Part shown: piece after piece, positions 9,397-18,851 of the stretch | Numbering within the stretch: the stretch's first letter is position 1 | Layout of the letters: each line of letters starts with the position of its first letter | DNA from: a virus | Lineage: Duplodnaviria > Heunggongvirae > Uroviricota > Caudoviricetes | IMG/VR virus record: IMGVR_UViG_3300031993_000032 | Length of the DNA: 41,569 nucleotides | Strand: one strand, 5' to 3' | Notes under the pieces: model-generated | Seen by the model: the letters and a program-made list of their open reading frames with translations, nothing else | The model's database searches: none | What the model was told of the DNA's origin: nothing | Made by a program: the position numbers and the translations under genes

Positions 9397-10141
9397 GCAC
9401 CACAAGCGCCGCCGCAACAAGCGCATATTCATAACACTGGAAACAATTATCCTCATTGCACTGGTATGTCTGGTGTGTTTCTTCGCCGGAGAGGCGTCCA
9501 CTAAGTTCAACGCTATCGAGTCCCACATAACCGATAGCAAGACCTTTACTGACTCGATGGTGGCACGTCTGGACAGCCTTGACAGCCACGTGGCCGCACT
9601 GCACGAGATTACTGAGACAAGCCGATCAAGATCAAAGCAGATCGCCATCGGTGCCAACATCATCCGTCATTCTAGGAAGGATATCGACCTCAAGTACGCC
9701 GCCAGACTGGCAAGCATCCTCTACGAGGAATCAGAGTTCAACTCGTCGGTAGAGTACGCCTTCTTGCTGGCGATGGTAGAATCCGAATCCAAGTTCAACA
9801 AGGACATCGTCTCTCCGGCTGGTGCGATCGGTCTAGGACAGCTCATGCCAAAGACCGCTGAAGCCATGGCAAGGCATGCCGGTATGAAGTACGACTTGAA
9901 GCTGCTGACAGAACCACGCTACAATATCAAGCTTTCCGTACAGTACCTCTCGAAGCTGTACAAGCAGTTCCAGAACAACGTACTGGTCGCTGCCGCATAC
10001 AACGGCGGCCCCGGCGGTGCTCTCAAGTACCAGCAGTGGATCGAGGGCGAGCTAGAGAAGGAAGCCGTACACCCAGAGACTGTAGCCTACGTGGAAACCG
10101 TCATGCAACGTTACTACACATACAGGGCTATGTTGCAATAG
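9374..10141 (+). CDS. Lytic transglycosylase (SLT domain) with N-terminal membrane anchor
   Basis: Basic N-terminus plus TM helix; ESKFN, GAIGLGQLMPKTA, AAYNGGPG motifs. Confidence 0.85.
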   Translation: MKKNPTSKHHKRRRNKRIFITLETIILIALVCLVCFFAGEASTKFNAIESHITDSKTFTDSMVARLDSLDSHVAALHEITETSRSRSKQIAIGANIIRHSRKDIDLKYAARLASILYEESEFNSSVEYAFLLAMVESESKFNKDIVSPAGAIGLGQLMPKTAEAMARHAGMKYDLKLLTEPRYNIKLSVQYLSKLYKQFQNNVLVAAAYNGGPGGALKYQQWIEGELEKEAVHPETVAYVETVMQRYYTYRAMLQ

Positions 10142-10174
10142 AGTTAATTAGTTGCTATATTATAAGTTGATTCT

Positions 10175-10696
10175 ATGAGGTTTGATATGTCCGAGAAGGA
10201 TAACTGGAAAGAAGTGGCCAATGTGATTGAATCGTGCGACAGCGAGACTGTTCTCCGTGAGTTGAGGCAGACTGCTGATAGTCGTCTCCAGAAGGTCAAA
10301 CGTCTCAATACCGAACGATACCTGGCGAAATACAAGGAACTATACGAGGGAAAGACCGTTCTTATATATGGAACGAATGGTGTAAAACTGTATTCCGTAC
10401 AAAATCCGCTGGACATACACATTGTACGTATTATCAGTATCAGCGATGCGATGGACGACCGGTTTGTAGCGTCTACTAGCACTTTACACATCGTTTACAA
10501 AGATGTGCTTAATACGGTTAATTTCGGAAATGCTATCTCAATAAGTATCAAGCAAGCGACCAATGACCATCAATCTATATACAAAAGCGATATCGACCAT
10601 GTGCTGACGGAACATGAAATCGCAGAATGTATTGCACATGCAAAGAAACAAGCACTTAATATAGCAGACACTTGGAATAAAGAGAATCCAGCATGA
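10175..10696 (+). CDS. Hypothetical protein
   Basis: ORF after TTGCTATATT -10-like box; start could be 10187. Confidence 0.7.
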   Translation: MRFDMSEKDNWKEVANVIESCDSETVLRELRQTADSRLQKVKRLNTERYLAKYKELYEGKTVLIYGTNGVKLYSVQNPLDIHIVRIISISDAMDDRFVASTSTLHIVYKDVLNTVNFGNAISISIKQATNDHQSIYKSDIDHVLTEHEIAECIAHAKKQALNIADTWNKENPA

Positions 10697-11295
10697 TTTT
10701 TTACTTTATCAGGCATGCGCCCACTGCGGCCAACTTTACCGGATCCATGGTAAACGGCTACGACAATGCCGATATCGTCTCCATGGATAAGCCAGCCGAC
10801 TGGGAAGAACGTATCGGCAAGTTCATCGATGCCGACGCAAGGAAGCATATCTTTTGCTCTCCAGCAAAGCGTTGTCGGCAGACCGCACAGATGCTGTTCG
10901 GCGACGTGGAGATCATCGAGAACGACTTGTTCCGTGAATTCGACTGCGCCGGACTTGGTAGTCGTAAGTTCTGGGAAATCGACGAAGCTGAGTTCAATGC
11001 TTGCGTTGACGTTACCAATACCGACATGATCAACCGTGCGTTGGAAATCTTGCACGGCTTCGGTAGGCAGCTGGAACGGGACTACGGCATATTCCGCTGC
11101 GTGATCGTTTCCCACGGCATGCTGATCCGTTACCTTTACCACTTCATGACTGGAAACATGGACATATCCCCGTTCGAAGTAATTCGTTCGAGGGGGTTCA
11201 AGTTTGCTAACCTGGACATGCTGAAGATCGTAGACGAACCCGGCTACAAGTGTGTCCGTGACTACCACTACAAACCACCTATGGAGCACGTATAA
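10693..11295 (+). CDS. Histidine phosphatase (phosphoglycerate mutase-like) family protein
   Basis: FIRHA, CSPAKRCRQTA, LFREFD, IVSHGMLI catalytic motifs. Confidence 0.8.
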   Translation: MIFYFIRHAPTAANFTGSMVNGYDNADIVSMDKPADWEERIGKFIDADARKHIFCSPAKRCRQTAQMLFGDVEIIENDLFREFDCAGLGSRKFWEIDEAEFNACVDVTNTDMINRALEILHGFGRQLERDYGIFRCVIVSHGMLIRYLYHFMTGNMDISPFEVIRSRGFKFANLDMLKIVDEPGYKCVRDYHYKPPMEHV

Positions 11296-11627
11296 TGGCT
11301 GAAGACTATATCGTTCTAGGTATCATTGCCTTCGTCGGACTATTCTGTCTGGGCATTACTATCTTCTGTATTGCAACGAAAGACGACTCCGAATTGCCGT
11401 TCTACACGACGGTCATCTTCTTGGTAATGGCAGCGCTGTTTTTCGGTATACTGTTCTTCGACTGGAACAACCGTATAATGAAGCATGCAGACACGTTTTT
11501 CAAGACTCGTGACGAAGTGTACAGATGCGAAGGACAGTCCCCAGAAGTCTGCAAGTACAAGAAACTCATTTGGCAAAAGGATTCTACCATATGGCAAAAA
11601 CGAATGGACAAGATTCTCAAGGACTAA
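11295..11627 (+). CDS. Membrane protein
   Basis: Two TM segments; TAATG coupling. Confidence 0.75.
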   Translation: MAEDYIVLGIIAFVGLFCLGITIFCIATKDDSELPFYTTVIFLVMAALFFGILFFDWNNRIMKHADTFFKTRDEVYRCEGQSPEVCKYKKLIWQKDSTIWQKRMDKILKD

Positions 11628-12697
11628 ACACAGTCAAGACAGCACTGCGCTGGCACACTCGCTTCCACGTTTGCTTCAAGCAATGTACTAGCGACTATAC
11701 TACTAGCGAGTTTGTACGTGTAGAGAAGTTCGGTCGGTACGATTCTGCCGTCAAATTTGCGAACGACCTTAGCAAGAAGGAATTCCGTGAACAATTCTTC
11801 GGCAACGACTATACGATCCCAGTGAATATCCGTATCGTCGAAGTCGGCGAATATGAATCCGAAGTTCCATGGGAATCTTGGTGCGAGCTTGCTCCGAGTA
11901 TCGACAAATCTATCAAGAAACTGGACGGTCAGCCGAAATTCAAGGTATGGTACACCACTTTCCGTGACTGGGGATTCGAAGACGTTGCGATTGAATTCGA
12001 CTCGTTTGACAAGGCAAAAGATGCGGCAAACAAGCTATACAAGGAAAACTGTTGCTATGCGTATGCGTTGGCAAAGTGTGGTCAATTAAAGACCAATATC
12101 CGTATAGAATTCATCGGTACGACATCACGTTTTCTGGATACGTCGGAATGGTTGATTAACACTAGCGGAATTCCGGCAGACAAAGACATCCCAGACAAAT
12201 ACAAGAAGGAAGGAATGTTCTTTGAAGTAGAACACTCTCGTGTACCGAAGGCTCTGAGCCAGCATAGCGAAGCATTCCCAATGTTCGTCACAGACAAGTT
12301 CACTCGGTTCGACAATGCACGGAACTTTGCTCGTTGCCTTGATAGCCGAAACCCAGAGAACCTTTATGTAAAGGAAACCAGTAAACATTATTGGTTCTTC
12401 AATATCAATATATATGCGGTCGAGAATGGCGTTCGCACTCTTATCCCAACAGATGATTGGATGGATCCACGCTGCCCTGGAACCGAAAACTTATCCGATA
12501 TTCTGGAATACTGTTCCGAAGTAGCCGGTATCAAGGGAGAGCGTGACATTCTCAATGACGAAGTAAAGCGACTGAACGCTGAACTTGAAAAATCAAATGC
12601 AGAGATCAAACGTCTTAACAGCATCATTGATGCATCAGCAAAAATGCTCGAAAGCCAGATGAACGTACTGAAACGTGCTGGACTGACGGAGGACTAG
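11591..12697 (+). CDS. Hypothetical protein with three internal repeats and coiled-coil tail
   Basis: Repeats around EKFGRYDSAVKFAN / IEFDSFDKAKDAAN / DKFTRFDNARNFAR; start uncertain. Confidence 0.7.
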   Translation: MAKTNGQDSQGLNTVKTALRWHTRFHVCFKQCTSDYTTSEFVRVEKFGRYDSAVKFANDLSKKEFREQFFGNDYTIPVNIRIVEVGEYESEVPWESWCELAPSIDKSIKKLDGQPKFKVWYTTFRDWGFEDVAIEFDSFDKAKDAANKLYKENCCYAYALAKCGQLKTNIRIEFIGTTSRFLDTSEWLINTSGIPADKDIPDKYKKEGMFFEVEHSRVPKALSQHSEAFPMFVTDKFTRFDNARNFARCLDSRNPENLYVKETSKHYWFFNINIYAVENGVRTLIPTDDWMDPRCPGTENLSDILEYCSEVAGIKGERDILNDEVKRLNAELEKSNAEIKRLNSIIDASAKMLESQMNVLKRAGLTED

Positions 12698-12700
12698 ACT

Positions 12701-13288
12701 ATGGAATTCATGCTTAACGGACAACTTATTACTTGTACTCCGGACGAGTACGCAAGGCTCATTCAGCTAGGACTCATTCCGACCCAGTCGGCTGAAACCA
12801 AAGCTGCTCCTATACAGATTACCCCGAAGCCGAGTCTGCCGGACGATATCGTTCCTCTGCCAAAGGAAGACTTTCCGCAATATCCGAAGGTTGGGGACAC
12901 GCCTGACTGGCTCCGTAACGGAACGAATGTAGTGGCTCTCTATGGCTGCGTGGTAGACCAACATACGCAGATCGGTGATCCGTACATGATCAAGGCATAT
13001 CCGAAGGATACAGTTCATATCGAGGTTACCAATCCAGGAGATATCATCGGTACTATTACGCCAAAGATAACTGCTATCGCAGATGTACAAACCGATGATA
13101 GGACTAAATACTATGTCCTTAAGAAGAAAGGCGCTGATGAATGGTGGTCTACCAAGGGTGACGAGTTTACCACTACCGACGAAAAATACGCACGGCTGTT
13201 CACCGATCCTGAGGAAGCTCGCCGCATCATCGATTTCACCGGGAGCCGTTTCGGTGAACTGGAAATCGTCCCCTATATCAAGAAGTAG
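12701..13288 (+). CDS. Hypothetical protein (Pro-rich linker)
   Basis: GGAGG RBS. Confidence 0.75.
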   Translation: MEFMLNGQLITCTPDEYARLIQLGLIPTQSAETKAAPIQITPKPSLPDDIVPLPKEDFPQYPKVGDTPDWLRNGTNVVALYGCVVDQHTQIGDPYMIKAYPKDTVHIEVTNPGDIIGTITPKITAIADVQTDDRTKYYVLKKKGADEWWSTKGDEFTTTDEKYARLFTDPEEARRIIDFTGSRFGELEIVPYIKK

Positions 13289-13293
13289 GAACT

Positions 13294-13626
13294 ATGAACG
13301 TTATCGACATCAACATGAAACCGGAACTCGACGAGTTCGGACATCCGATCCATTACGTCTCCAAGGTATTCCCTGGTCTCCACATCGGGGAATATACGGA
13401 GAACTGGGCACACTACTGGAAGACCGAGAACGGCACTTGGGACGTGGAAATCTATAAGACCAGGTACGAAGACGGTCACATCCGAGACTGGCCTAGAAAG
13501 CACGTTTCTGACGCAGAATTGGCCGATGCAGCAATGACCGTGGCTGAGACATTGATCAAGGAGTCCAAGCCACTTGATCCGGAAGACCAGAAGATATTGA
13601 ACGACAACGTGTGGGAGCTTACATAA
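13294..13626 (+). CDS. Hypothetical protein
   Basis: AGGA RBS, typical codon usage. Confidence 0.75.
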   Translation: MNVIDINMKPELDEFGHPIHYVSKVFPGLHIGEYTENWAHYWKTENGTWDVEIYKTRYEDGHIRDWPRKHVSDAELADAAMTVAETLIKESKPLDPEDQKILNDNVWELT

Positions 13627-13831
13627 TGAAGCTTGGCGAACTTGTCCAAATCTACAAGCAGCACGGCAACTTGCCGATCTATTACCGAGACTTCGACTAT
13701 CGACAATGACAAGGTGGATTCTGAAATTTGTTAGGCGTATGAAGCGACGCTGGCTATGCTTCAACGAAATAGAAGACCGAAAAGAACTGTCTGGACACCA
13801 TTTCTATGGTCCCGGTGGAACTGTTATTTGA
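13626..13831 (+). CDS. Two translationally coupled mini-ORFs (13626-13709, 27 aa; 13706-13831, 41 aa)
   Basis: TAATG then ATGA overlaps; below track cutoff; could also be one frameshifted gene. Confidence 0.45.
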
Positions 13832-13856
13832 CACCCACGCCGATTTTTGCTATATT
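13828..13856 (+). promoter_or_regulatory. sigma70-type promoter
   Basis: TTGACA-N17-TATATT. Confidence 0.75.
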
Positions 13857-13880
13857 GCAAATAACACAAGGAGATATTAT

Positions 13881-14186
13881 CTAGTATGCCATAGGATATA
13901 TAACCATAAATTATTGTATAAAGAAATTGATATAAACTTACGATCAAGGAACCCGAAGTCCAGCCGCAGCGAAGCGCGAGTCGACCTAACAAAACCGAGA
14001 AAGAGAACCTTTCTTATCCGACGTTCGAGCGTTAGCCCGTAGATTGCGAGTAGTCAAGTGGAAAGCATCAAGGATGGTTTGGCGTCGGACGGATGCGACA
14101 TTCCAGTCTACGTGAAGTATTTCTACGCATTTGACCTGTGATGGCAAGACTAGAAGCTCACACCCTTTAGGGTGTGGGTAGTTCAC
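13881..14186 (+). mobile_element. Non-autonomous IS200/IS605-family remnant (right end / omega-RNA-like), no tnpA or tnpB
   Basis: Subterminal hairpin CTCACACCC-TTTA-GGGTGTGGG (14157-14178) followed by TAGTTCAC, the usual right end of this family; separates an AAGGAG RBS (13868) from an ORF body at 14187; left end approximate. Confidence 0.7.
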
Positions 14187-14465
14187 TCGGACAAGAATTA
14201 TGCGATGAACTCTACTTCTATGTACGTTCTGGTAGAGAAGCTGGTGCATGTTACTCCAGTATCGTCGCTCGTAGACTATGTACACGTCATTACGACCTAC
14301 TGTGCCGAAATTCTGCCTGGTGGCGGACACTCTTTCCTCTGGAAGACTGGAAAATGCGGCGAAGAATTCTACTCGAACCGCTACAAGGTAGTAGATGCCG
14401 AGTACGTCGCCGAATCCCTCAAGCAGATCGAACTTACGAACAAAATCATCAAGACTATCACCTAA
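14187..14465 (+). pseudogene. Hypothetical gene whose 5' end is separated from its RBS by the IS remnant
   Basis: Frame SDKNYAMNSTSMYVLVEK...KIIKTIT has genome-typical codons and TAATG coupling to next gene; may still translate from an internal ATG. Confidence 0.55.
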
Positions 14466-15388
14466 TGAAATACTTACTGTTGAGTGACATACACGTCGAT
14501 ACGCATTTCGAATCAGCGGTCAGCAAGGATTGTCTCGTGCCGGATGATCCAGACGAATCCGTAACCATAGATACCCTTGAGTACCTATGGAGTTTCTACA
14601 AGATTCCTGAGACTGAAGGACTTATCCTTGCTGGCGACTATTCCAATGACTACTTGACGTTCACCCGCATGGTGACGTGGCTCAGCAAAAAGTACAAGAA
14701 GGTCATCATGGTTGCTGGCAACCATGACTTGACTGTTCGTGGCGGAACCCCGTCCAAGGCGAATCTGCAGTTCGCATCGTCCGAGCAGAAGTATTATCGG
14801 ATGAGGGACTTCTGCAATCAGTTCGACAACGTAGACTTGATCAACGAAGAGTCTACCCATACGTTGCTCAAATACCATATCGGCGGCTGTATGGGATTCT
14901 GTGACTTCAAGTGCGAACCGCCTACATACGGACTAGATCCAGCCACAAAATGGAGAAGACGCTGGTATGACGGCAAGCACTGGAGGCTATTCGGGCAAGA
15001 ACCAGGTCTTATATGGAACCATGCGGATGCGGCTTTGACGAAGATTGTCGCTTTCAATCCAAAGGTAATCGTCACTCACTTCGCTCCTTACCAGATGGGA
15101 GTTCCGTACAAGTACCGCACCGATCCGTGGAACTACGTGTATTTCTTCAATGCGGAGAAGTATCTGGAGCAGATGGCCGACGATACATACTGGTTCTGCG
15201 GCCACACGCATAGCCGTATGAAGACGGAATATGTCAACTCCAAGGGAAACCATATCCACATCTGGTGCAATCCTCTTGGCTATCCAGACGACCGAGAGGA
15301 CATCATCGAGTTCGTCGACTATACCGGCGACAAGCTGCTGCGTGGATCCGTAGACGGAAACGACGCGGCGTTCATCATTGATTTGTAA
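14465..15388 (+). CDS. Calcineurin-like metallophosphoesterase
   Basis: SDIHVD, AGDYSN, AGNHD, THFAP, CGHTH motifs; true start MKYLLLSD. Confidence 0.85.
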   Translation: MKYLLLSDIHVDTHFESAVSKDCLVPDDPDESVTIDTLEYLWSFYKIPETEGLILAGDYSNDYLTFTRMVTWLSKKYKKVIMVAGNHDLTVRGGTPSKANLQFASSEQKYYRMRDFCNQFDNVDLINEESTHTLLKYHIGGCMGFCDFKCEPPTYGLDPATKWRRRWYDGKHWRLFGQEPGLIWNHADAALTKIVAFNPKVIVTHFAPYQMGVPYKYRTDPWNYVYFFNAEKYLEQMADDTYWFCGHTHSRMKTEYVNSKGNHIHIWCNPLGYPDDREDIIEFVDYTGDKLLRGSVDGNDAAFIIDL

Positions 15389-15418
15389 GAGGTTGTATGT
15401 ACAAGGTAAACAAGTATA

Positions 15419-15446
15419 AGCCACCTAGATAACTAGGTGGCTTTTG
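15419..15446 (+). terminator. Intrinsic terminator between convergent genes
   Basis: Perfect stem AGCCACCTAG-ATAA-CTAGGTGGCT followed by T run. Confidence 0.8.
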
Positions 15447-15461
15447 TTAATTTCATAGTGT

Positions 15462-16163
15462 TTATTTTGTTGCGCCGAGAACCTCAAGTCCGGTATCGTC
15501 AAGCAACTTGTAGCCAGCGTCTCCACATCCATCGTCCGGATATCCGAGACCCATGTTCTTGTATGTCAACGAGCAATCCCTTACCTCGTCCGGATTGACT
15601 ACGCCAGTAGCTGCTGGGGTATGTCCCTTAAAGTTTCCCTTATTGTCAGTAGAAGCGTTAGCAAATGTCTGTCCCTTCGGCATTTCATATACCTCTCCCG
15701 TGACAGTAGAATAGTATGTACGTTCATCAGGTGATACCCACCAGCCGACTTGCACGTACGGCTCTTTATCCATCTGTTCAAGGTTAATGCCATTCAGTTC
15801 GTCAGAATAGAGACCCGGATGATCCTTTACGTCGACGTAATGGTAGCCCTTGTTCTTGAGTAGCTTCTCGCCTTCGAATGCACGGTTCTTCACTCGCTGG
15901 ATCGTTGCCGGATCGTTGACAAAATGCTCATAGGAAGTCTTGGCGTCGTTAATTGCGCCCTTGATCTTGTCTGCATGCGTAACGCCCATTGTACCAGCGG
16001 CACCCAAAGCGGCACCAAGGGCAGCAGCGCCCACAGTACCCTTGAGGCTTTCCAGTTCGGCCTTCTTCTCGCAAGTGCGGTACAGAAGCTCTACGGACTC
16101 GATGAGAGCCTTGTTCGATTCGGTCATGCTTTCGTGAAGCTTGTCAATAAACAGTTGGTTCAT
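15462..16163 (-). CDS. Hypothetical protein with Gly/Ala-rich hydrophobic segment
   Basis: AAGGA RBS; GTVGAAALGAALGAAG segment. Confidence 0.75.
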   Translation of the reverse strand: MNQLFIDKLHESMTESNKALIESVELLYRTCEKKAELESLKGTVGAAALGAALGAAGTMGVTHADKIKGAINDAKTSYEHFVNDPATIQRVKNRAFEGEKLLKNKGYHYVDVKDHPGLYSDELNGINLEQMDKEPYVQVGWWVSPDERTYYSTVTGEVYEMPKGQTFANASTDNKGNFKGHTPAATGVVNPDEVRDCSLTYKNMGLGYPDDGCGDAGYKLLDDTGLEVLGATK

Positions 16164-16245
16164 AAGAAAATCCTTGTAAGATACATGCAGTTTATACTTT
16201 TTGCTAAACTGGTATTCAAAAGGATTTTAACCTAATTTATTACGC

Positions 16246-16929
16246 ATGAGTATTTACGTTGTCGGTTCGTCCAAGAACCTTTTCCTTGAATGCGACGATA
16301 TAAGAGAAAAATTTATCGTCGACGCACCGCACGAAGGTGCAAATATCGATATCTTGAACCCCTGGTACTGTGAACTTACCGGACTGTACTACCTATGGAA
16401 AAATTCGACCGCCAAGTATGTCGGTCTGGAGCACTACAGACGGTTCTTCGCTTCTCCCAAGAAGAACAAGCAGAGGATGAACAAGGAGGAAGTAGAGACT
16501 ATCCTCAAGGATCACGACATAATCACTTGCCGTTTCCGCCATCATCCACGTGTGACTGGCTTCAAGTCCGGATTCGACTGGTTCCAGACAGCTGGCCCCG
16601 CAGACGAGTTCAACGCCTTTATCGGAATAATGAACAACAAGTTCGACGGACTGGGTGACAAGTTTGTCGCCTATACGCAAGAAAGGGAACTAGTCCAGTG
16701 CAACATGTTCATCGCTACCAAGCCGGTAATCGACGAATACTGCGAATGGCTGTTCCCTAAGCTGGCCGCTTTCGACAAATACAGAGGTCTGAGCGACGAA
16801 AATAAAAGGATCGACGGATACCTGTCAGAACATATTTTCGGCTACTGGATACGCTCCAAGGGGCTTAAGAACTACATTGCGACGAAGGTCGAAATGAGTT
16901 TCGTCCCAAGGGCCGGATCCAAGGTCTAA
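16246..16929 (+). CDS. DUF4422-like glycosyltransferase-associated protein
   Basis: NPWYCELTGLYYLWKN, VGLEHYRRFF, CNMFI, RIDGYLSE motifs. Confidence 0.75.
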   Translation: MSIYVVGSSKNLFLECDDIREKFIVDAPHEGANIDILNPWYCELTGLYYLWKNSTAKYVGLEHYRRFFASPKKNKQRMNKEEVETILKDHDIITCRFRHHPRVTGFKSGFDWFQTAGPADEFNAFIGIMNNKFDGLGDKFVAYTQERELVQCNMFIATKPVIDEYCEWLFPKLAAFDKYRGLSDENKRIDGYLSEHIFGYWIRSKGLKNYIATKVEMSFVPRAGSKV

Positions 16930-17249
16930 AACACGTTCAGCCAGTGTCCCCACGACGGTGCCTTGATATAGCTGTTCGTGGCCTTGACATAGCTCTGATC
17001 GATCTGCAAGAAGGCACGGTCACGGCCTTCAGCATCGACAATCTTAGCCTCAGCCAAGTACTTGTACTTGGCTTCTCCTATACGGCGCTTGAGGTTGTCT
17101 TCCATCATCTTGCCAGCGGTGACTGGCGTATCGGCATCGCATTCTCCGGCTACCATGTTAAGTGTACCTATACCGGGCACGTTCTCCAGACGGAACTTGA
17201 GCTGGAACTGCTTGCCCTTCTTCTGTTCTGGTTTGAGAAAATCAATCAT
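16926..17249 (-). CDS. Hypothetical protein
   Basis: AAGGA RBS. Confidence 0.75.
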   Translation of the reverse strand: MIDFLKPEQKKGKQFQLKFRLENVPGIGTLNMVAGECDADTPVTAGKMMEDNLKRRIGEAKYKYLAEAKIVDAEGRDRAFLQIDQSYVKATNSYIKAPSWGHWLNVF

Positions 17250-17251
17250 TT

Positions 17252-17701
17252 TTAATCCTTATGTTCTGAGATTTGAACTAAAATTTTCTTGACGGCATTT
17301 TTAATCGGTTTACTGCTGTATGCATAACAATGTATATGAAAATTCGAACACCGTTCCTTATCTGCATTTTCATGCTGGAAGAAGTTCTCCCAATACGTAA
17401 AATGCGGTTTGCATCCACCTGCAAGACACGTACGATCATAGATGAACGCTAATTTGTCTTTGTAATAATAGCCAACCTTGTCTTTATACTTTGGATTAAA
17501 TACTTTCTGGACAAAATCAATGTTCGAACTTTTGATAAGGTCGTCAATTTCGTTCTTAACGTCAAAATATTCTTGACTAGGCGGTATATTTAGAAAATCT
17601 GGGTCTTGTTTCTTGACATCAAGGAATTCTTCGAGAATTTCTGGATGTACAAGACTAACCCAGCCAGCAAGATCTTTAGCATCATATGCCTTCATCTTCA
17701 C
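17252..17701 (-). CDS. Hypothetical protein
   Basis: AAGGA RBS; lower-GC codons than neighbours. Confidence 0.7.
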   Translation of the reverse strand: MKMKAYDAKDLAGWVSLVHPEILEEFLDVKKQDPDFLNIPPSQEYFDVKNEIDDLIKSSNIDFVQKVFNPKYKDKVGYYYKDKLAFIYDRTCLAGGCKPHFTYWENFFQHENADKERCSNFHIHCYAYSSKPIKNAVKKILVQISEHKD

Positions 17702-18290
17702 AGTCCTTTACTGCCTGGTCGAAGCAGTGTTCGTTGAAATACTGGATCTTGAACGCATCGATCAGTCGGTGTACGTTCTGGCGAGTGCAGTTTTCCTTGT
17801 TGGCGATGTCCTGGATCGACAGAAGCGACTTGGCATGCATGAGGAAAAACTTTTTTCCACGTTCGGCGGCTTGGTGTATGGCCGCAGTGTTCTTGACCTT
17901 GAACTCCTTAAGCGACGCATCGTTAGCCGCCATGATCAGCATGCGGTCGTCCTTAGATAGGCCGTCTAGTCCATTAGTGTCCATTTTCTCATAAAAGAGC
18001 TTAAGGAAATCTACGCCAAGCTCGATACCTCGCTGTATAGCCCTATCCAATCCCTTATCCGGAGGAACGATGCCGTTGCGCACCATGTTGTCCTGCTGTT
18101 CGCTCCATCGTCCTTCATGTTTATTCCTGGCCTTGACAAACTTGAAACCAAGCTTCCGTGCACGGAGCAAGCAATTGGCATAACTGGGATGGTTCGGAGG
18201 AATTTCGCCACGGCGAATCATTTCGTCCTCTTCCGGAGTCCACTTGTTATATACACGCTTGTGAAATTCTTCGTTCATAGAAATCCTCAT
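17682..18290 (-). CDS. Putative transcription regulator: Myb-like repeats plus C-terminal HTH
   Basis: KWTPEEDEMIR and RWSEQQDNMVR repeats; SIQDIANKENCTRQNVHRLI sigma-region-4-like HTH; start may be 18278. Confidence 0.6.
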   Translation of the reverse strand: MRISMNEEFHKRVYNKWTPEEDEMIRRGEIPPNHPSYANCLLRARKLGFKFVKARNKHEGRWSEQQDNMVRNGIVPPDKGLDRAIQRGIELGVDFLKLFYEKMDTNGLDGLSKDDRMLIMAANDASLKEFKVKNTAAIHQAAERGKKFFLMHAKSLLSIQDIANKENCTRQNVHRLIDAFKIQYFNEHCFDQAVKDCEDEGI

Positions 18291-18301
18291 AGGGATAAGA
18301 A

Positions 18302-18325
18302 GGGACCCGGCACTCGCCGGATCCC
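18302..18325 (-). terminator. Hairpin terminator/attenuator between the two regulator genes
   Basis: Minus strand GGGATCCGGC-GAGT-GCCGGGTCCC then TTCTT. Confidence 0.5.
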
Positions 18326-18340
18326 CCGTCGATGGGAAAA

Positions 18341-18820
18341 TTATTTTATGCGTAGAGCGGCGGCAAGATCAATGGCCAACTGTACGGTGGACATGCTCTT
18401 TCCTGTCTGTTCGGCAATTTCCTTGGCGGTCATGCCACTCTTGGAAAGTATGTCAACGGTACGGGCGAACTTGCCGACGATTTCCGATATGTGCTTAGTG
18501 GAATGCACTGACATCGGAATCAGAGTAAGTTCCATCTGGCCAGTCTTGGTAAGGCTCACGTTCTTTGTTATTCCGAGCTTATTGCGCAGACAGCGCAACG
18601 CCGCCTTTGTACGTCCTTCAGGTACGATGTTATGCTTGGCCAGTTCGATCTCGTCGGGAGTCCACTTCGCCGGTTTCACTAGTCCGAGTTCACGGCGACG
18701 CTGATAGACGGCCTTCTGTGTACGTCCCGGAAGCATGGTGGCTCCGTCACGGAGCATCTTGTCTTCCTTGACCGTATATGGCATGTACTTTCTGGATGTT
18801 ATTATGGGTTCATTTTTCAT
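18341..18820 (-). CDS. Putative transcription regulator: Myb-like repeats plus C-terminal HTH
   Basis: YTVKEDKML..GRTQKAV and WTPDEIEL..GRTKAAL repeats; MTAKEIAEQTGKSMSTV HTH. Confidence 0.6.
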   Translation of the reverse strand: MKNEPIITSRKYMPYTVKEDKMLRDGATMLPGRTQKAVYQRRRELGLVKPAKWTPDEIELAKHNIVPEGRTKAALRCLRNKLGITKNVSLTKTGQMELTLIPMSVHSTKHISEIVGKFARTVDILSKSGMTAKEIAEQTGKSMSTVQLAIDLAAALRIK

Positions 18821-18851
18821 GACTGGTTCCTTTGTGTTGATGTTTGTTATA

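Noticed and set aside
13806-14042. 78-aa ORF as a TnpB C-terminal remnant
   Set aside because: No recognisable RuvC-III or zinc-finger motif; spans promoter and AT-rich sequence
14174-14464. N-terminal extension of the metallophosphoesterase shown in the ORF track
   Set aside because: Atypical codons; the overlapping frame ending in TAATG has typical usage, so the enzyme starts at 14465
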